Below are positions 40,713 to 54,923 of a stretch of 64,000 nt of DNA, in pieces. The stretch is from positions 131,428 through 195,427 of the forward strand of contig CAXHJY010000702.1 in NCBI GenBank assembly GCA_964016885.1. The letters run 5' to 3'. The DNA is from Eledone cirrhosa. Its lineage: Eukaryota. The notes under the pieces are model-generated. The model did not search any database. It was not told the origin of the DNA and worked only from the letters and a program-made list of their open reading frames with translations. Each line of letters starts with the position of its first letter. The first letter of the stretch is position 1. The translations under genes and the position numbers were made by a program.

Positions 40713-41020
40713 ATCATCATCATCATCATCAACGTTTAACGTCCGTGTTCCACGCTTGCATGGGTTTGGACGGGGGTTTTCCCACTTGAGGCAAGAGTTT
40801 ATGATTCTAGGCCGTGCTTCCATGTTTGGAATTTCTTCTCTAGCTCGGCCATTGATTCAGCTATGAGCGTTAGATCATCTGCGTATAGGAGTTCTAATTA
40901 GCAGCCGGTCTTGAACTCCTCTGTTATAGCCTGAAGGGCAATAATAAATAGCAGGAGGTTAAGGACGGAGCCCTGATGAACACCAACCTTTACGCTAAAC
41001 TCTTCACTATATTCGTTGTT
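40713..41020 (-). mobile_element. Internally deleted RTE fragment
   Basis: RTE 3' tail (40713-40797) fused directly to mid-RT sequence matching 14073-14293. Confidence 0.8.
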
Positions 41021-44000
41021 AAAAGTCAATATTAATAGTTTCCCATTCAGGGATCATTTAAAATCCATTATCTTAAAATGTTGAAAGGGGCATCTAAATA
41101 GGTTGGTGCCTATGGCTCTAAATCATTGCTTCAGAAAGAATAGCATGTTGAACATAGATTCATCAGGCCCACAATATTAACCTCTTCTTTAGTAAAAAAA
41201 AATAAAATAAAATAAATCAGATGCAATTAATAGCCTTAAAACGTTTGTTACTCAACATCCAAAGCTTATTACAAGATTTTTATGGAATGTCAATAAGCAC
41301 TTGGCTGGAGCTCCTTTGTCTTCAATGACTGCTGGGTTATGTTGTATCAAGGAAAAACAAATATGTGATTCTGCTTAAGCCTGATGTGATATTAGGTTGT
41401 CTTCATAGCAGCCTATACCTCATCATTACTTTTTAAACTATACTCTATAGATTATCTATACTTTATACATTTTCTATGGTATGTAGATCATGTGAATTAC
41501 CTGCATTAATGTGATGAGTAGCAAACCAGACATTTTTTTTTTGGGGGGGGGGGGGTATCGTGTGAGCCAGAACATAAATTCCACATCACCTAATTAGTCA
41601 GTGTTAGATGCTTGTGGAGCCCCAATATTTCTTGGTAGGCTGCTGCATTGAACACGATGACTTTGACTAAATGCCGTGATCTGGCACTTGTGAATGACAT
41701 GGCCCCACAAATCATCACTGACGAGGAACTTCATGTTAAAATTCAAACACTCCTTCAAATTGTGTGAGCCCTACAAAGCTAGTCCCTACTTTAGTAGGGA
41801 AAATAGGCTTGTGTGCTTGTTATTCATATGACACATTACCTTTGTGTTTCAATGCCTCCATAATTAAATCATTCAGTTTAAAACAGACTTATGCATATGC
41901 AATTGTTTATATAAATGATTATATATAGCAATTGAGAATACTGAGAATGTATTCCCAAAAATTTGACTGTTTTATTCTATCAAATCTTTTCGATGTCCTC
42001 AGATTCATTTTCATAATTCTATCCCATAATCTGCATTTTGTAATGCAGCACAGAATATTTATATAGAAAGTAAATTGATTGGTATATTCAACATTTTGTT
42101 ATGCAAGTTGTTTTTACACTCATACTTGCAGGCATAGCCATGTGGCTAAGAAGTTAGTGGTGTAAACATGTGGTTCTGGTATTATTCCCATTTTGAAACA
42201 CATTGGACAAGTGTCTCCTCCTTCTATGACCTTGGATTGACCTTGGTTTGTGAGTGGAATGTTGTTGATTGAAACTGTGTAGAAGCCCATCATGTATGTA
42301 CATTCCTCTTTCTGAATGTGTGCTTAAGTTTACTGTTGTTAACTGACATCAGTATGCCATAAACAGAACTTAGTGATTCAAAAATGACGATCTATAAAAG
42401 AAATATTCGCCAGTGTAAAAAGTACTTGTACTAACATGATTGGATAAATCCCTTTATAACCTCTGTCATGTTCAGAAACTGAGAAATAATACAGAAAGCC
42501 ATTCTTTCTGTTCAGAAAGTCATTACACATTTATATGGAGTCTCAAAAAGAATCTAGACCAAAAAATATAATAGTTGGAAATAAACCTGCTAAAATTGAT
42601 TAAATCTTTTGGTTTTCAATTTTCCGTAATAAACTCAAAATTTTCTGCTATTTTTTTTATTGATATCTTTACTTATTTTACTTTAAAGACATTCTTTTCT
42701 TCTTTATCTTTAATAATTGCTTTGAATTTTTTAACTTAGGTAGAAAATTGCTGTCAATGTAATTTATCAGATGAAACGTAGGTTGAAATTTTTATATTAA
42801 TAATTTCCACATGGCTTGCATTTGCCTAATAAGAATTTTCTTTCATTTTTTCCCATCAGAATACTCTAAAAAGTTTGTAATTAGGTTAAACTAAACAGGT
42901 TTTGCTGTCCCTAACTCTCAAGACTACATTATCATATTTCATACTCATAGACACCATCATCCACATTCCTTCTAATATTTAATCCCATGTGTGAATTAGT
43001 TTCACATAACACAACAATAAACTCCAACTATACAGTCTGTATTGTGAAAATGTGAATTGTTGGGGAAATCATATTCATATCTTTAATTCATTTTATACCA
43101 AACTGCTTGAAACAACACTTGGTTCTATGATATAGAACTTTATTTTTTGGAAGTGTTTATACTTTTCTAAAAATCTCACTTCATAATTTCATATAAGAAC
43201 CTTTATGGAGCTATGTTCCAAACAGCAGCTTGAAAATAAAAAATGTTAGTTATATTACTGAATCCCTCAAGTTCTTCATTATTTCTTAAATATCTCAGGC
43301 AGTGTATTTCATTAGAATTATTGTCAAGAAAGGGTTGAAAGACTACAAAAATATGACAAACTGTAAATCTTTAAGTCCAACATCTTGTTTATTATTGTTA
43401 TTGTTATTATTAATAATAATAATATAACCACAAAAATAACAACTGCTTCTGTGTGGTGTCATCATGCAAGCGAAAAGATACTTGACAGAAACATATCTAA
43501 ATCTTTTTCTGAGTTATTGGGAGAAGAAATCAGACAGAGATAATTGAGACTTTTATATGCAAATAGCCTATTTATGGTTTCCTTTGAAGTTTGCTGTGAT
43601 TAGATTAAATTAAAATTGTTTCTGAAATGTTAAATCGATACTACAAACATATTTCCCCCTTACTCTTTGTCAAAATTCAATTACATATCTGCTTCTATAA
43701 AATCTTCCAAATTCCATTTTGTAATGGAATTGTATATAGCAGTAGCATTGATGTGTAGTTGATTTATTTCCCTACTTATTTGGTGAAAGGAGTCATTTAT
43801 TTGAATGTTCCCTTCATTCCAGATGTTATACCTAAAAGAAATTGAACTTCTAGATGTAGTATAATTTCTTTCCTTCCAGCCTTTAACTCATTACATCAAC
43901 AACTCACTCTTTCTATATCTCAGTAATCAAAAGATATGGATCAATAAACTTGTCCTTGATCCAATATTCTCTGTTGAAATTTTCAAAGCTCAGTATTTGC

Positions 44001-44819
44001 ATTTGAAACTTCTATGCACTTCTAAAGAAAGTATTTTATTTCATTCATCAAATATGAATATGGCTGTGTGGTTAGGAAGCTTCATTGGAACCATGTGGTT
44101 TGTGTTTGGTCCCACAGTGTGGCACCGAGAGCAAGTGTCTTCTGCTAAAGCCATGGGGTTGACCTATACTTTGTGAGGCAAATTGGTAGACAGTGTGTAT
44201 GTATGTATATATATATATATATGTGTGTGTGTGTGCATTCTTTCCTTCTGAATGTCTTCAAATTTGACCTTGCCTGGGCAGTTGATGATGTTTATGTTAA
44301 GCATAAGAGATATATATCTTACAGCTCAGTGGCTCAAAAATATCAAGGGTTGGCACCAGGAAATACATCCAGCCAAAGAATATTATCTAAAAAAAAAAAC
44401 ACGAAAACATTTCAATAGGCATCATCCACATCATTACCAGTACTACCTCCATCTTTACAATCATTAGAACTCCCTCACCATAAATACTACAGCCATCACA
44501 ACTATCATCACTACCAACCAGCATCATCCCAACTAGCACCACCTCATCCAGAACTATTACCTCCACCAGCACCACCACTAATAGCATTACCTTCAATACC
44601 ACCAAAAATATAATCAATATAATCACCATCACCAACACTACAATCACTACCACCACCACCATCATCATGAGGAAATGTCTACATTCATATAGAGTAGAAT
44701 ATTCTGACTAAGCATGGCTTAAGATAAGGAAATCTTACTTTCATTATGAATGCAGTAGCCATTTAATTTGTTAAACAAGTGCAAGTGAAACAAATGTTTA
44801 GTGGATAATAGTTGTTTCT

Positions 44820-45003
44820 ACTTTTGGCACAGAGCCAGCAATTACTCACTGCATTACTGGTACTTTATTTTATCGACCCCGTAAGGATGAAAGGCAAAGT
44901 TAACCTCAGCGGGATTTGAACTCTGAATGGCAAGGGCCGTAACTCTATGCGTCAAATCATGGCGTCCGACCCTCGACCGGTACTGCCAATCCACCGCCAC
45001 ATT
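44820..45003 (-). mobile_element. SINE, same family as 35030-35210
   Basis: Reverse-complement match to 35030-35170. Confidence 0.72.
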
Positions 45004-45299
45004 AGTGGATAATAATGGTTTCTAATTTAGGTACAAGGCCAGCAATTCAGAGAGGAGAAAGTATAGATTAAATTGACTTCTCTACTTGACTGGTGCTTTA
45101 TGTTATCGACCTGAGAAAGATGAAAGGTAAAGATATTCTTGGTGAAATAAGCCCCCCCCCTTCCCCCCCTCAAAAAAAGAAAACAAAATGAAATAACATT
45201 AAGCATTGTCTGACATTCTAATGATTCGCCCAGTCCAACATCTGTAGTTAGATAATAAGGAAATATACAAGGAAAGAAATATGTGTGTGTTATACATCT

Positions 45300-45705
45300 C
45301 TCTCCCCACTCCCCTAGGACTCCCCTGCTTCTTCTTTAACACTGGTCCCTACATATCAATCCTCACCACTCTCAGAGGTATGAACCATTCTTTTCGCATT
45401 TACCACTCCTTCACTAGCACTTCCACCAACATCATCTATGCCCTGTGGTGTTCCCTTTGTGGGTCCATTTACATCAGAATAATGGACTGCCGTCTGGAGC
45501 ACAAGTTCGCCGTACACCTGAGGGACATATGACTAGGTAAAGACACTGCTGTCGCTCATCACTTCCATTCCCCCAACCACTCTACTCAACACCTCACTGT
45601 CTCAGGCCTCATTTTACACCACAGATTCACAGCCACTTACACCAGACCAAGCAGATTTTAATTTTCTGCCTTGGAACTACTTTTCCGGATGGACTCAATT
45701 CTCCT
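45300..45705 (+). pseudogene. Decayed Penelope-like (probably Neptune-type) GIY-YIG endonuclease fragment
   Basis: SFTSTSTNIIYALWCSLCGSIYI..RL.HKFAVHLRDI*LGKDTAVAHHFHSPNHS...LIFCLGTTFPDGLN resembles the PLE N(L/I)IY-CxxC-YIG...EH...HF...PxGLN pattern. Stop and frameshift present. Confidence 0.75.
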
Positions 45706-46514
45706 CCACAGTTCCTATGACATAAACACATGCATATACACACACAACTCCAGCCACCACACAATACACACTCACATTTATAATATACATATATGTCAAC
45801 CAACATCTGCTTCAATATAACCAATTAATCTTACACTTTCTGATGCATGAACACTTATGTGCATATGCCCACACACACCGCCCTCACATATTCCAGGGAT
45901 CATGTACATGTGTGTTTGTCCATTTGTATCTCTAGTGAGTGCATCTGTGTTCACGTGATACTCAATGCCATGGATGTGGTGCCGTCAGCATTGAATGTTT
46001 CCTAACATTTACTCTGTCCCCCAACACACCCTGGTACTATCCACCTTCACACTTTGTAGCTTAGCTATTTATAGTTGCACCAACATATCGTCGTATCCGA
46101 AGTGAAACAGCGTCTCATACAACCATACCATTTAATGAAATATAAAGACAACGATCATATTCGCTCCCACCTCCTTTCTACGCAGCCTCCTATTTATATG
46201 TGTGTATTTATATGTAGAAATTCATATACAATCTTCTACACCCCTTTACGTTTGATAGTTCACTCGTTCATGCTTACTCACACATCCACACTCTCACACC
46301 GGCCAGTCTGGATCGCTCCAATGCCCATTCTTTAAACTCACCTATACTTGCACACATACATGTCCACCCCACATATACGATGATTACCACCCTTCCTAAA
46401 CCCCTCTAACACATAAGATACACCTTGCCTGGCACAACTTCAAAATGGCTAACTAAATATGTACGTGTGTTTTTCCCCCAATTCCAGTCTTTAACTTTCT
46501 ACTATTTTTATGTT

Positions 46515-46786
46515 TATCTTTTGATGGAGGACAGGTGTCTGAAATGATAATATTATATAGTCTTTTACAATTAAATAGCTCAGAGAAAGGAATATTTCAG
46601 AACCGTGTGATACAAATGAATATATGATAGGGATAAACACTGATACAAGTATACATGTGTTCGAACTTGTATACATTGCGAACACATGGATACTTGTATC
46701 AGTGTTATATCCCTATCATATATTCATTTGTATTACACGGCTCAGAAATATTCCTTTCTTTGAGCTATTTAATTGTAAAAGACTAT
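46515..46786. repeat. 107-bp inverted repeat preceded by a decayed hammerhead-like motif; probable PLE terminus
   Basis: Arms 46557-46663 / 46679-46786. TTGATGG-A-GGAC.AGGT.GTCT-GAAA at 46521-46544. Confidence 0.65.
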
Positions 46787-46896
46787 TTGAGTTTATAATA
46801 TATGTAATATATATAATATTCTCGGCTATATACGTAGAGTTAATTTTTAGTCCCATAAAACCGGCTGCTATTTTTAGCAGCACGAGTGTGTATATA

Positions 46897-49800
46897 TCAT
46901 CATCATCATCATCGTTTAACGTCCATGTTCCACGCTTGCATGGGTTTGGACGGGGGTTTTCCCACTTGAGGCAAGAGTGGTTGTCTTGCTCGCATAGGAC
47001 AGTCTGGCGGGTTTTCTACAGCTGGATGCCCTTCCTAACACCAACCACATTTACCGTGTGGGGCTGGGAGGTTTTTACCATGTGGCCTACACGGCCACAT
47101 TACAGCGTGGACTGTGTTTTTTTGTCGTGACACCTACACAATCTCATTTGTTTCGGCCTGGATGTTGTGGCACCAACATAACTTTACATTCAAAGGCGCG
47201 GTGTGGATGGGGTTGGGGTGGTGGGACGGGGTGTATTTTGTTAGAGATGCCTACTGACTGTAGTAGGTTTTACTTTGTAAGGCAGGTCTTCTCTATTACT
47301 GAGTGGACTGTGTGTTTTTTTGTCGTGACACCTACACGATCTCATTTGTTTCGGCCTGGATGTTGTGGCACCAACATAACTTTACATAGAACGGGGTGGT
47401 GTGGATGGGGTGGGGGTGGTGGGACGGGGTGTATTTTGTTAGAGATGCCTACTGGCTGTAGTAGGTTTTACTATGTATTTAGGTAAGGCAGGTCTTCTCT
47501 GTTACTGACTACCGCCAAAGGTCTCGGTCCAGTGACATTGTCTTGGAGAGGTGTAAGTGTGTGAGGTCGGAGTTTATCAGCTCGTTCCAGGTTTTTCTAG
47601 GTCTGCCTATTCCGTGGCTACCGTCTATCTTTATTGCCCTGCACTTTGTTATACAGCTATCGACTTTCATGCGCATCACGTGTCCATACCAACGTAGCCT
47701 TCTCTCGAGTAAACATCATCTGATCCCTCTTATTTCTAATTTTTTCCTTAGTTTGTTTATGCTTTGCCGTTCACGTATATTACTGTTACACATCCAGCGG
47801 AGCATGAAAGCTTCGTTCCTCTCTAGTCTGCGTATATCCTCTGCACACAATGCCCAGGTCTCACTGCCATGCAACATTGCTGTTCGTATGCAGGCATCGT
47901 ACAACCTGCCTTTCATTTTTAGGGAGAACCCTTTAGCAGCTAATAGTGGTATAAGCTCTCTGAACTTTTTCCAACCAGTTCTGACTCTAGCTACTGTACT
48001 TTCAGAGCACCCTCCCCCACTGCTGATTTTATCGCCCAGGTAATGGAAGCTGTCCACTATTTCTATAGAACCCTCTGCGCAATTGAAAGAGCTAGTATTT
48101 TGTGGGCACTTGCTGCTACTTATTGCACCAGAGCACCGGCCACATGTAAAATCTATGTTCTTAGTTAGCTTACCTGTGATCCCACTACATCTTTTATGCA
48201 CCCATACTTTGCATTTAGGACATAAAATGGAGTTTCTACCTACGCCTTTCCTACACACCGAGCACGACTATTTCCCAGAAGGGACCGCCGCCTTATTTTC
48301 TTTCCTACAAACTAGAACTTTAGTCTTAGCCAGGTTAATTTTAAGTCCTTTTGATTCTAGGCCGTGCTTCCATGCTTGGAATTTCTTCTCTAGCTCGGCC
48401 ATTGATTCCGCTATGAGTGTCAGGTCGTCTGCGTATAGGATTTCCCATGGGCAGCCGGTCTTGAACTCCTCTGTTATAGCCTGAGGGGCAATAATAAATA
48501 GTAGGGGGCTGAGAACAGATCCCTGATGGACGCCAACTTTTACGCTAAACTCTTCACTATATTCGTTAATTCTAACCTTGCTGACTGTTTCTTTATACAT
48601 GGCTTGTATAGCTCTCACAAGCCATTCGTCAACGCCTAGTTTTCTAAGAGCCCACCAGATAATGGAGCGGGGGACTCTGTCGAAGGCTTTCTCCAAGTCG
48701 ACAAAAGCTAAGTAGAGGGGTTTACCTTTAGCTAGGTACTTCTCCTGTAGTTGTCGTACGATGAAAAGAGCGTCTGTGGTACTTTTGCCTGACACAAACC
48801 CGAACTGCATTTCATCTAGGTCAATTCTCTCTCTGATTAGTTGCGCTATTACTTTTTCCGTGACCTTCATGACCTGGTCGATTAATTTAATGCCTCTATA
48901 GTTACTCCTATCTAGGGCGTCTCCTTTACCCTTATAACAGTTAACGATGATGCTGCTATGCCAGTCCTTCGGAACAACCCCATTCTCTACGACTTGGTTA
49001 ACTATGCGGGTGACCACGGTGTGTCCCACCGTGCCAGATGCCTTCAGCATCTCAGCAACTATTTCCGAAGGCCCAGCCGCCTTACCCGTCTTCATATCCT
49101 TGATTGCCTTACTTATTATACTCCCCTCGACTAACACTGCTGGTCCCTCTATTGGGTCGATATGGGGGAGACTGTCTTTCTCCCATTTATTCTCCTCATT
49201 TAGTAGCCTTTCATAGTGACACTTCCAAGCTACCTTCTTATCAGCGTCGGTGATGGCAAGTATGCCATCATCGTTAAGTACACACTTCTCCCCGACAATA
49301 TCACGGTTTTCCTTGACGCATTGCCTAGCAATCCTGAACACATCACGTTTTTGGTCCTCGCGTTGTAGAACATGCTTGAACTTTCTTTCCTCAGCTTCCC
49401 TTCTTGCTAAGTACACTTGTCTCCTAGCTTCCCTCCTGGCCACTTGATAGTCTTCTCTACTTCCCCCATCCCGCCATACTTTCCAAGCCTGCTTTTTGGC
49501 CTTAATTGACCCCTCCACCTTACTGTTCCACCACCATGTTACTCTCCTCCTGCCTACAGGCCTGCTCCAGCCACAGACTTCGTCTGTCGCCATCAGCAGG
49601 TTTGCTTTCAGAAATTCCCAGTCCCTCTATATTGTCCGACTCTAAATGTTCTTCCTTACTGTCAAAAGCATCAAGTAATATGCTTTGAAATTTATTTCTG
49701 GCTGTGGGGTCCTTTAGCTTCCATATTTTTCTCCTGAGGATAGTCCTCTTCTCCTGTCGAGTACGTCTCGTCCTGACTATGAGGTCGCTAATTATCAGTC

Positions 49801-50115
49801 TATGTTGGGAGGTGCATTCTTCATGGGGGAGGGATTTAGTGTTTACAACAGACACTCTCTCACGTCTTCTGGTAAGGATATAATCTACCTGGCTTGTGTG
49901 TTCCCCGGATCTATAGGTGATCAGGTGATTGTCACGTTTTTTGAAGTTAGTGTTACAGATAGTTAGGTTATTTGCATCACAGAATTCCAGGATTCTGGAG
50001 CCTTCCTCATTTCTAGTACCAAACCCATAGCCTCCATGGATTTCGTCGTAGCCGTCACAATGTTGTCCAACGTGACCATTTAGGTCGCCTGCAATAATTA
50101 TATAGTCACTGTCGG
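46897..50115 (-). mobile_element. Longest young RTE copy (partial EN + RT), inactivated, with duplicated 3' region
   Basis: ORFs 49520-49855, 48268-49593 and 47716-48258, with a frameshift near 49620 and in-frame stops. Confidence 0.93.
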
Positions 50116-50161
50116 ATATATATACATATATTTATATACATATATATATATATATATAAGT

Positions 50162-50208
<47 letters not shown>

Positions 50209-50210
50209 TG

Positions 50211-50250
<40 letters not shown>

Positions 50251-50252
50251 TG

Positions 50253-50336
<84 letters not shown>

Positions 50337-50337
50337 A

Positions 50338-50393
<56 letters not shown>

Positions 50394-50543
50394 GTATATA
50401 TATATGTATATGTATATATATGTATATATATATGTATATATATATATGTATATGTATATATATATGTATATGTATATATATATGTATATATATATATGTA
50501 TATATATATGTATATGTATATATATATGTATATATATATGTAT

Positions 50544-51795
50544 ATCATCATCATCATCATCATCATCAACGTTTAACGTCCGTGTTCCACGCTTGCATGA
50601 GTTTGGACGGGGGTTTTCCCACTTGAGGCAAGAGTGATTGTCTTGCTCGCATAGGACTGTCTGGCAGGTTTTCTACAGTTGGATGCCCTTCCTAACACCA
50701 ACCACATTTACAGTGTGGGTCTGGGAGGTTTTTACCGTGTTGCCTACACGGCCACATTACAGCGTGGACTGTGTGTTTTTTTGTCGTGACACCTACACGA
50801 TCTCATTTGTTTCGGCCTGGATGGTGTGGCACCAACATAACTTTACATAGAAGGGGCGCTGTGGATGGGGTGGGGGTGGTGGGACGGGGGTGTATTTTGT
50901 TAGAGATACCTACTGACTGTAGTAGGTTTTCCTATGTATTTAGGTAAGGCGGGTCTTCTCTATTACTGAGTACCGCCAAAGGTCTCGGTCCAGTGACGTT
51001 GTCTTGGTGAGGTGTAAGTGTGTGAGGTCGGAGTTTATCAGCTCGTCCCAGGTTTTTCTGGGTCTGCCTATTCCGTGGCTACCATCTATCTTTATTGCCC
51101 TGCACTTTGTTATACAGCTATCGTCCTTCATGCGCATCACGTGACCATACCAACGTAGCCTTCTCTCGAGTAAACAACATCTGATCCCTCTTATTTCTAA
51201 TTTTTTCCTTACTTCGTTTATGCTTTGTCGTTCACGTATATTATTATTACACATCCAGCGGAGCATGCAAGCTTCGTTTCTCTCTAGTCTGCGTATATCC
51301 TCTGCACACAATGCCCAGGTCTCACTGCCATGCAACATTGCTGTTCGTATGCAGGCATCGTACAGCCTGCCTCTCATTTTTAGGGAGAACCCTTTAGCGG
51401 CTAATAGTGGTATAAGCTCTCTGAACTTTTTCCACCCAGTTCTGACTCAAGCTACTGTACTTTCAGAGCACCCTCCCCCACTGCTGATTTTGTCACCCAG
51501 GTAACGGAAGCTGTCCACTATTTCTATAGAACCCTCTGCGCAGTTGAAAGTGCTAGTATTTTGTGGGCACTTGCTGCTACTTATTGCCCCAGAACACCGG
51601 CCACATGTAAAATCTATGTTCTTAGTTAGCTTACCTGTGATCCCACTACATCTTTTATGCACCCATACTTTGCATTTAGGACATAAAATGGAGTTTCTAC
51701 CTACGCCTTTCCTACACACCGAGCACGACCATTTCCCAGAAGGGACCGCCGCCTTATTTTCTTTCCTACAAACTAGAACTTTAGTCTTAGCCAGG
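50544..51795 (-). mobile_element. 5'-truncated RTE copy
   Basis: ORFs 51447-51719 and 50940-51377 separated by a stop, (ATC)n tail, TA flanks. Confidence 0.92.
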
Positions 51796-51819
51796 CATAT
51801 ATATATGTATATATATGTG

Positions 51820-51886
<67 letters not shown>

Positions 51887-51909
51887 ATATATATATGTAT
51901 ATATATGTG

Positions 51910-51940
<31 letters not shown>

Positions 51941-52045
51941 GTGTGTATATATATATAGGTATATATGTATATATATGTATATATATATATATATGTGTGT
52001 ATATATATAGGTATATATGTATATATATATATATATATGTGTGTG

Positions 52046-52077
<32 letters not shown>

Positions 52078-52099
52078 TATGTGTATATATATATATATA

Positions 52100-52152
<53 letters not shown>

Positions 52153-52241
52153 ATATATATGTATATATATATATATATGTGTATATATATGTATATATAT
52201 ATATATATATATATGTGTATATATATATATATATGTATATA

Positions 52242-52603
52242 TCATCATCATCATCGTTTAACGTTCATATTCCACGCTTGCATGGCTTTGGACGGGAGTT
52301 TTCCCACTTGAGGCAAGTGTGGCTGTCTTGCTAGCATAGGACTGTCTGGCGTGTTTTCTACGGCTGGATGCCCTTCCTAACAGCAACCACATTTACAGTG
52401 TGGAACTGGGAGGTTTTTACCGTGTTACCTACACGGCCACATTACAGCGTGGACTCTGTTTTTTTTGTCGTGACACCTACACGACCTCATTTGTTTCGGC
52501 CTGGATGTTGTGGTACCAACATAACTTTACATTGAAATGGGTGGTGTGGATGGGGTAGGGGTAGTTGGACGGGGGTGTATTTTGTTAGAGGTGCCTACTG
52601 ACT
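52242..52603 (-). mobile_element. RTE 3' UTR-only insertion
   Basis: Matches 12817-13180, TA flanks. Confidence 0.88.
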
Positions 52604-52635
52604 AGATATATATATGTATATATATATATATATAT

Positions 52636-53996
52636 TATATATGTATATATATGTATATAACTTTGAATAATTTTGAAATGTTTTGGCCAGTATTGGCCCA
52701 GGCCATGTCTAACTTAATAGCACCACCTGGCAAAGTCTTTCAATTCAGGATTTGGGCACCATGGCTCATTTGAGAAGAGAATTACTGTTTGTGGAGACAT
52801 ATCCGGGTGTGGGTGGTTTGTCCGGGATTACTTGGAGGAATTTGTCCAAAGTCTTCTTGTATTTTGTCTGGTCAGTTTCTGTTTTGACGTGTCCTGGTGT
52901 GATGTTGAAGAGAGCAGGGCCAATTGAGGTGAAATAATTGTGCCGTATGTTGTTATGAGTTGCGATTTATATTTTTGTTTGGGACGGATAGCACGGGGCC
53001 CAAGCCTTGGGTGTATTTTGAAGGTGATGCCAACATCATTTGGGCAGTGCTGATGGAACATTTTCCACATGATGCAGATAATATAATGCTCACGGCGACG
53101 TTGGAGTGAGTAAAGTTTCAGCTTTTCTAGTCGACTCCTGTAGTCAAGGTCTGACATGCCATCTATCTTTTTCGTGATTGCCCTTTGGGGAGCTTCAAGT
53201 TTCATGATACTTTGTTTCGTGTGGGGAGACCACAGTGGACACCAGTATTCAAGGTGTGGTCGGGCAAAAGTGGAGAAGAGAAGGATAATGGTGTGGGAAT
53301 CTCTCGAATGGAAGGTTCTGAGGATCCAGGAACACATTCTGCGGGCCATGTCAACTTTGCTGCTTATATCCGTGGCCCAGCTTATGTTGCTGTCCACGGT
53401 TACTCCCAAGTCTCTGATGTTGTTAGATGCCACGAGAGTTTCACCGGAGGGAAGGGAGTACGGGAGTTTCAGAGCATCCTCTTTTCCAAAGTGGATCAGT
53501 TCGAATTTGTCTTTGTTCAGTAACATGTTGTTCTTTTCCGCCCATTGGGTAACAGCCAGTAGGTCTGACTGAAGGCTTATCCGGTCATCCACGCCATTGA
53601 TGACCTTTTCGAGCTTGGAATCATCAGCGAAAATTCTAATGTTGCTGTGTTTGATGATGTCAGTGACGTCATTAATATAGATGATGAAGAGAAGTGGGCC
53701 CAACACAGTGCTTTGTGGGACCCCACTACTGACTTTGGCTGGGATGGATTTGACTCCATCGACTACAACATGTTGGGTTCTGTTTGACAGGAAGCTCTTG
53801 ATCCACTGCAGCAGCTTTCCAGTGACACCAATATTGGACAGCTTTCTGAGTAGAATGTTGTGATCAACCCTGTCAAAGGCCTTGCTGAAATCAAGGTAGA
53901 TAACATCAGTGTTGGAACCCTCTCCCAAGGCTCTCAAAATGTCATCAAAGTGATGCAGTAGCTGCGTCAGGTAATCTCTTCCATTACGGAATCCAT
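52636..53996 (-). mobile_element. 5'-truncated copy of the 2737-7740 LINE
   Basis: Near-identical to 2747-4086. 1-bp deletion near 52949 frameshifts the C-terminus. TA flanks. Confidence 0.93.
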
Positions 53997-54147
53997 GTAT
54001 GTATATATATGTATATATATATGTATATATATATGTATATATATATGTATATATATATGTATATGTATATATATATATATGTATGTATGTATGTATATAT
54101 ATATGTATGTATATATATGTATATATATATATATATATTATTTATAT

Positions 54148-54808
54148 ATATAAACAAGGTTTAGTAAATAATGAAAAAGTTTCAAAATAAATTTTTAAAA
54201 ATTGACTTTACCTACTATAGTTACCTTTACCGATCGGTTTCAAATCCCAAAAATAAAACGGAGACCATACGGCCTTCGTTGCAAAGAAAGATTCTCGTCA
54301 GAAGGTTCTTTTCATTCAAAGAATATAAAATTCCTGAATTTAAATCACAAACTAGCGCTATCAAAAACTGTTCCTGGGATGAGAGTGGATGATGTAGAAC
54401 AGGTTTATCAAGGGCCGTAGCAAAGATAGAGGCAAAAGGAGGTAGGTCAAACTAGCCACCGCTATTGCTAGCAGCACTCGGAATGACCCGGTTTGTTCTC
54501 AACGTTAGTGGAGGTAGTAGTAATATGAAATACGTCCCTTCACGCACAAGGCGCCAAGGTACGCATGTATTGTCCAACCAAGTGCCAATGTGGTTTGGGA
54601 TTTGAAACCGATCGGTAAAGGTAACTATAGTAGGTAAAGTCAATTTTTAAAAATTTATTTTGAAACTTTTTCATTATTTACTAAACCTTGTTTATATTTG
54701 TTCTGGCTCGTTAATTTATTAACCCGCCATTGAACCACATTGGCACTTGGTTGGACAATGCATGCGTACCTTGGCGCCTTGTGCGTGAAGGGACGTATTT
54801 CATATTAT
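54148..54808. mobile_element. TA-flanked module with two interleaved inverted repeats (Penelope-like terminus)
   Basis: About 54148-54251 is inverted at about 54594-54697, and about 54521-54595 is inverted at about 54734-54808. Confidence 0.75.
54223..54306 (-). ncRNA. Type I hammerhead ribozyme motif
   Basis: Minus strand ACCTT-CTGACGA-GAATCTT...GGGATTT-GAA-ACCGATCGGT-A-AAGGT: canonical core, palindromic stem III, GUA triplet. Confidence 0.8.
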
Positions 54809-54860
54809 TATTTATATATATGTAGATATATGTATATATGTATATATATGTATATATATG

Positions 54861-54923
<63 letters not shown>

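Noticed and set aside
41713-41755. CTGACGA-GGAA...TTC-AAAC as a hammerhead
   Set aside because: No GAAA box and no stem I or III pairing.
42128-42300. Degraded SINE-like stretches (also 44060-44190) and old RTE tails (29970-30170, 32770-32850, 40205-40265)
   Set aside because: Probably real but too decayed to delimit or classify by eye.
44387-44668. V/L-rich 93-aa ORF as a membrane protein
   Set aside because: Degenerate (ACC/ATC)n low-complexity repeat.
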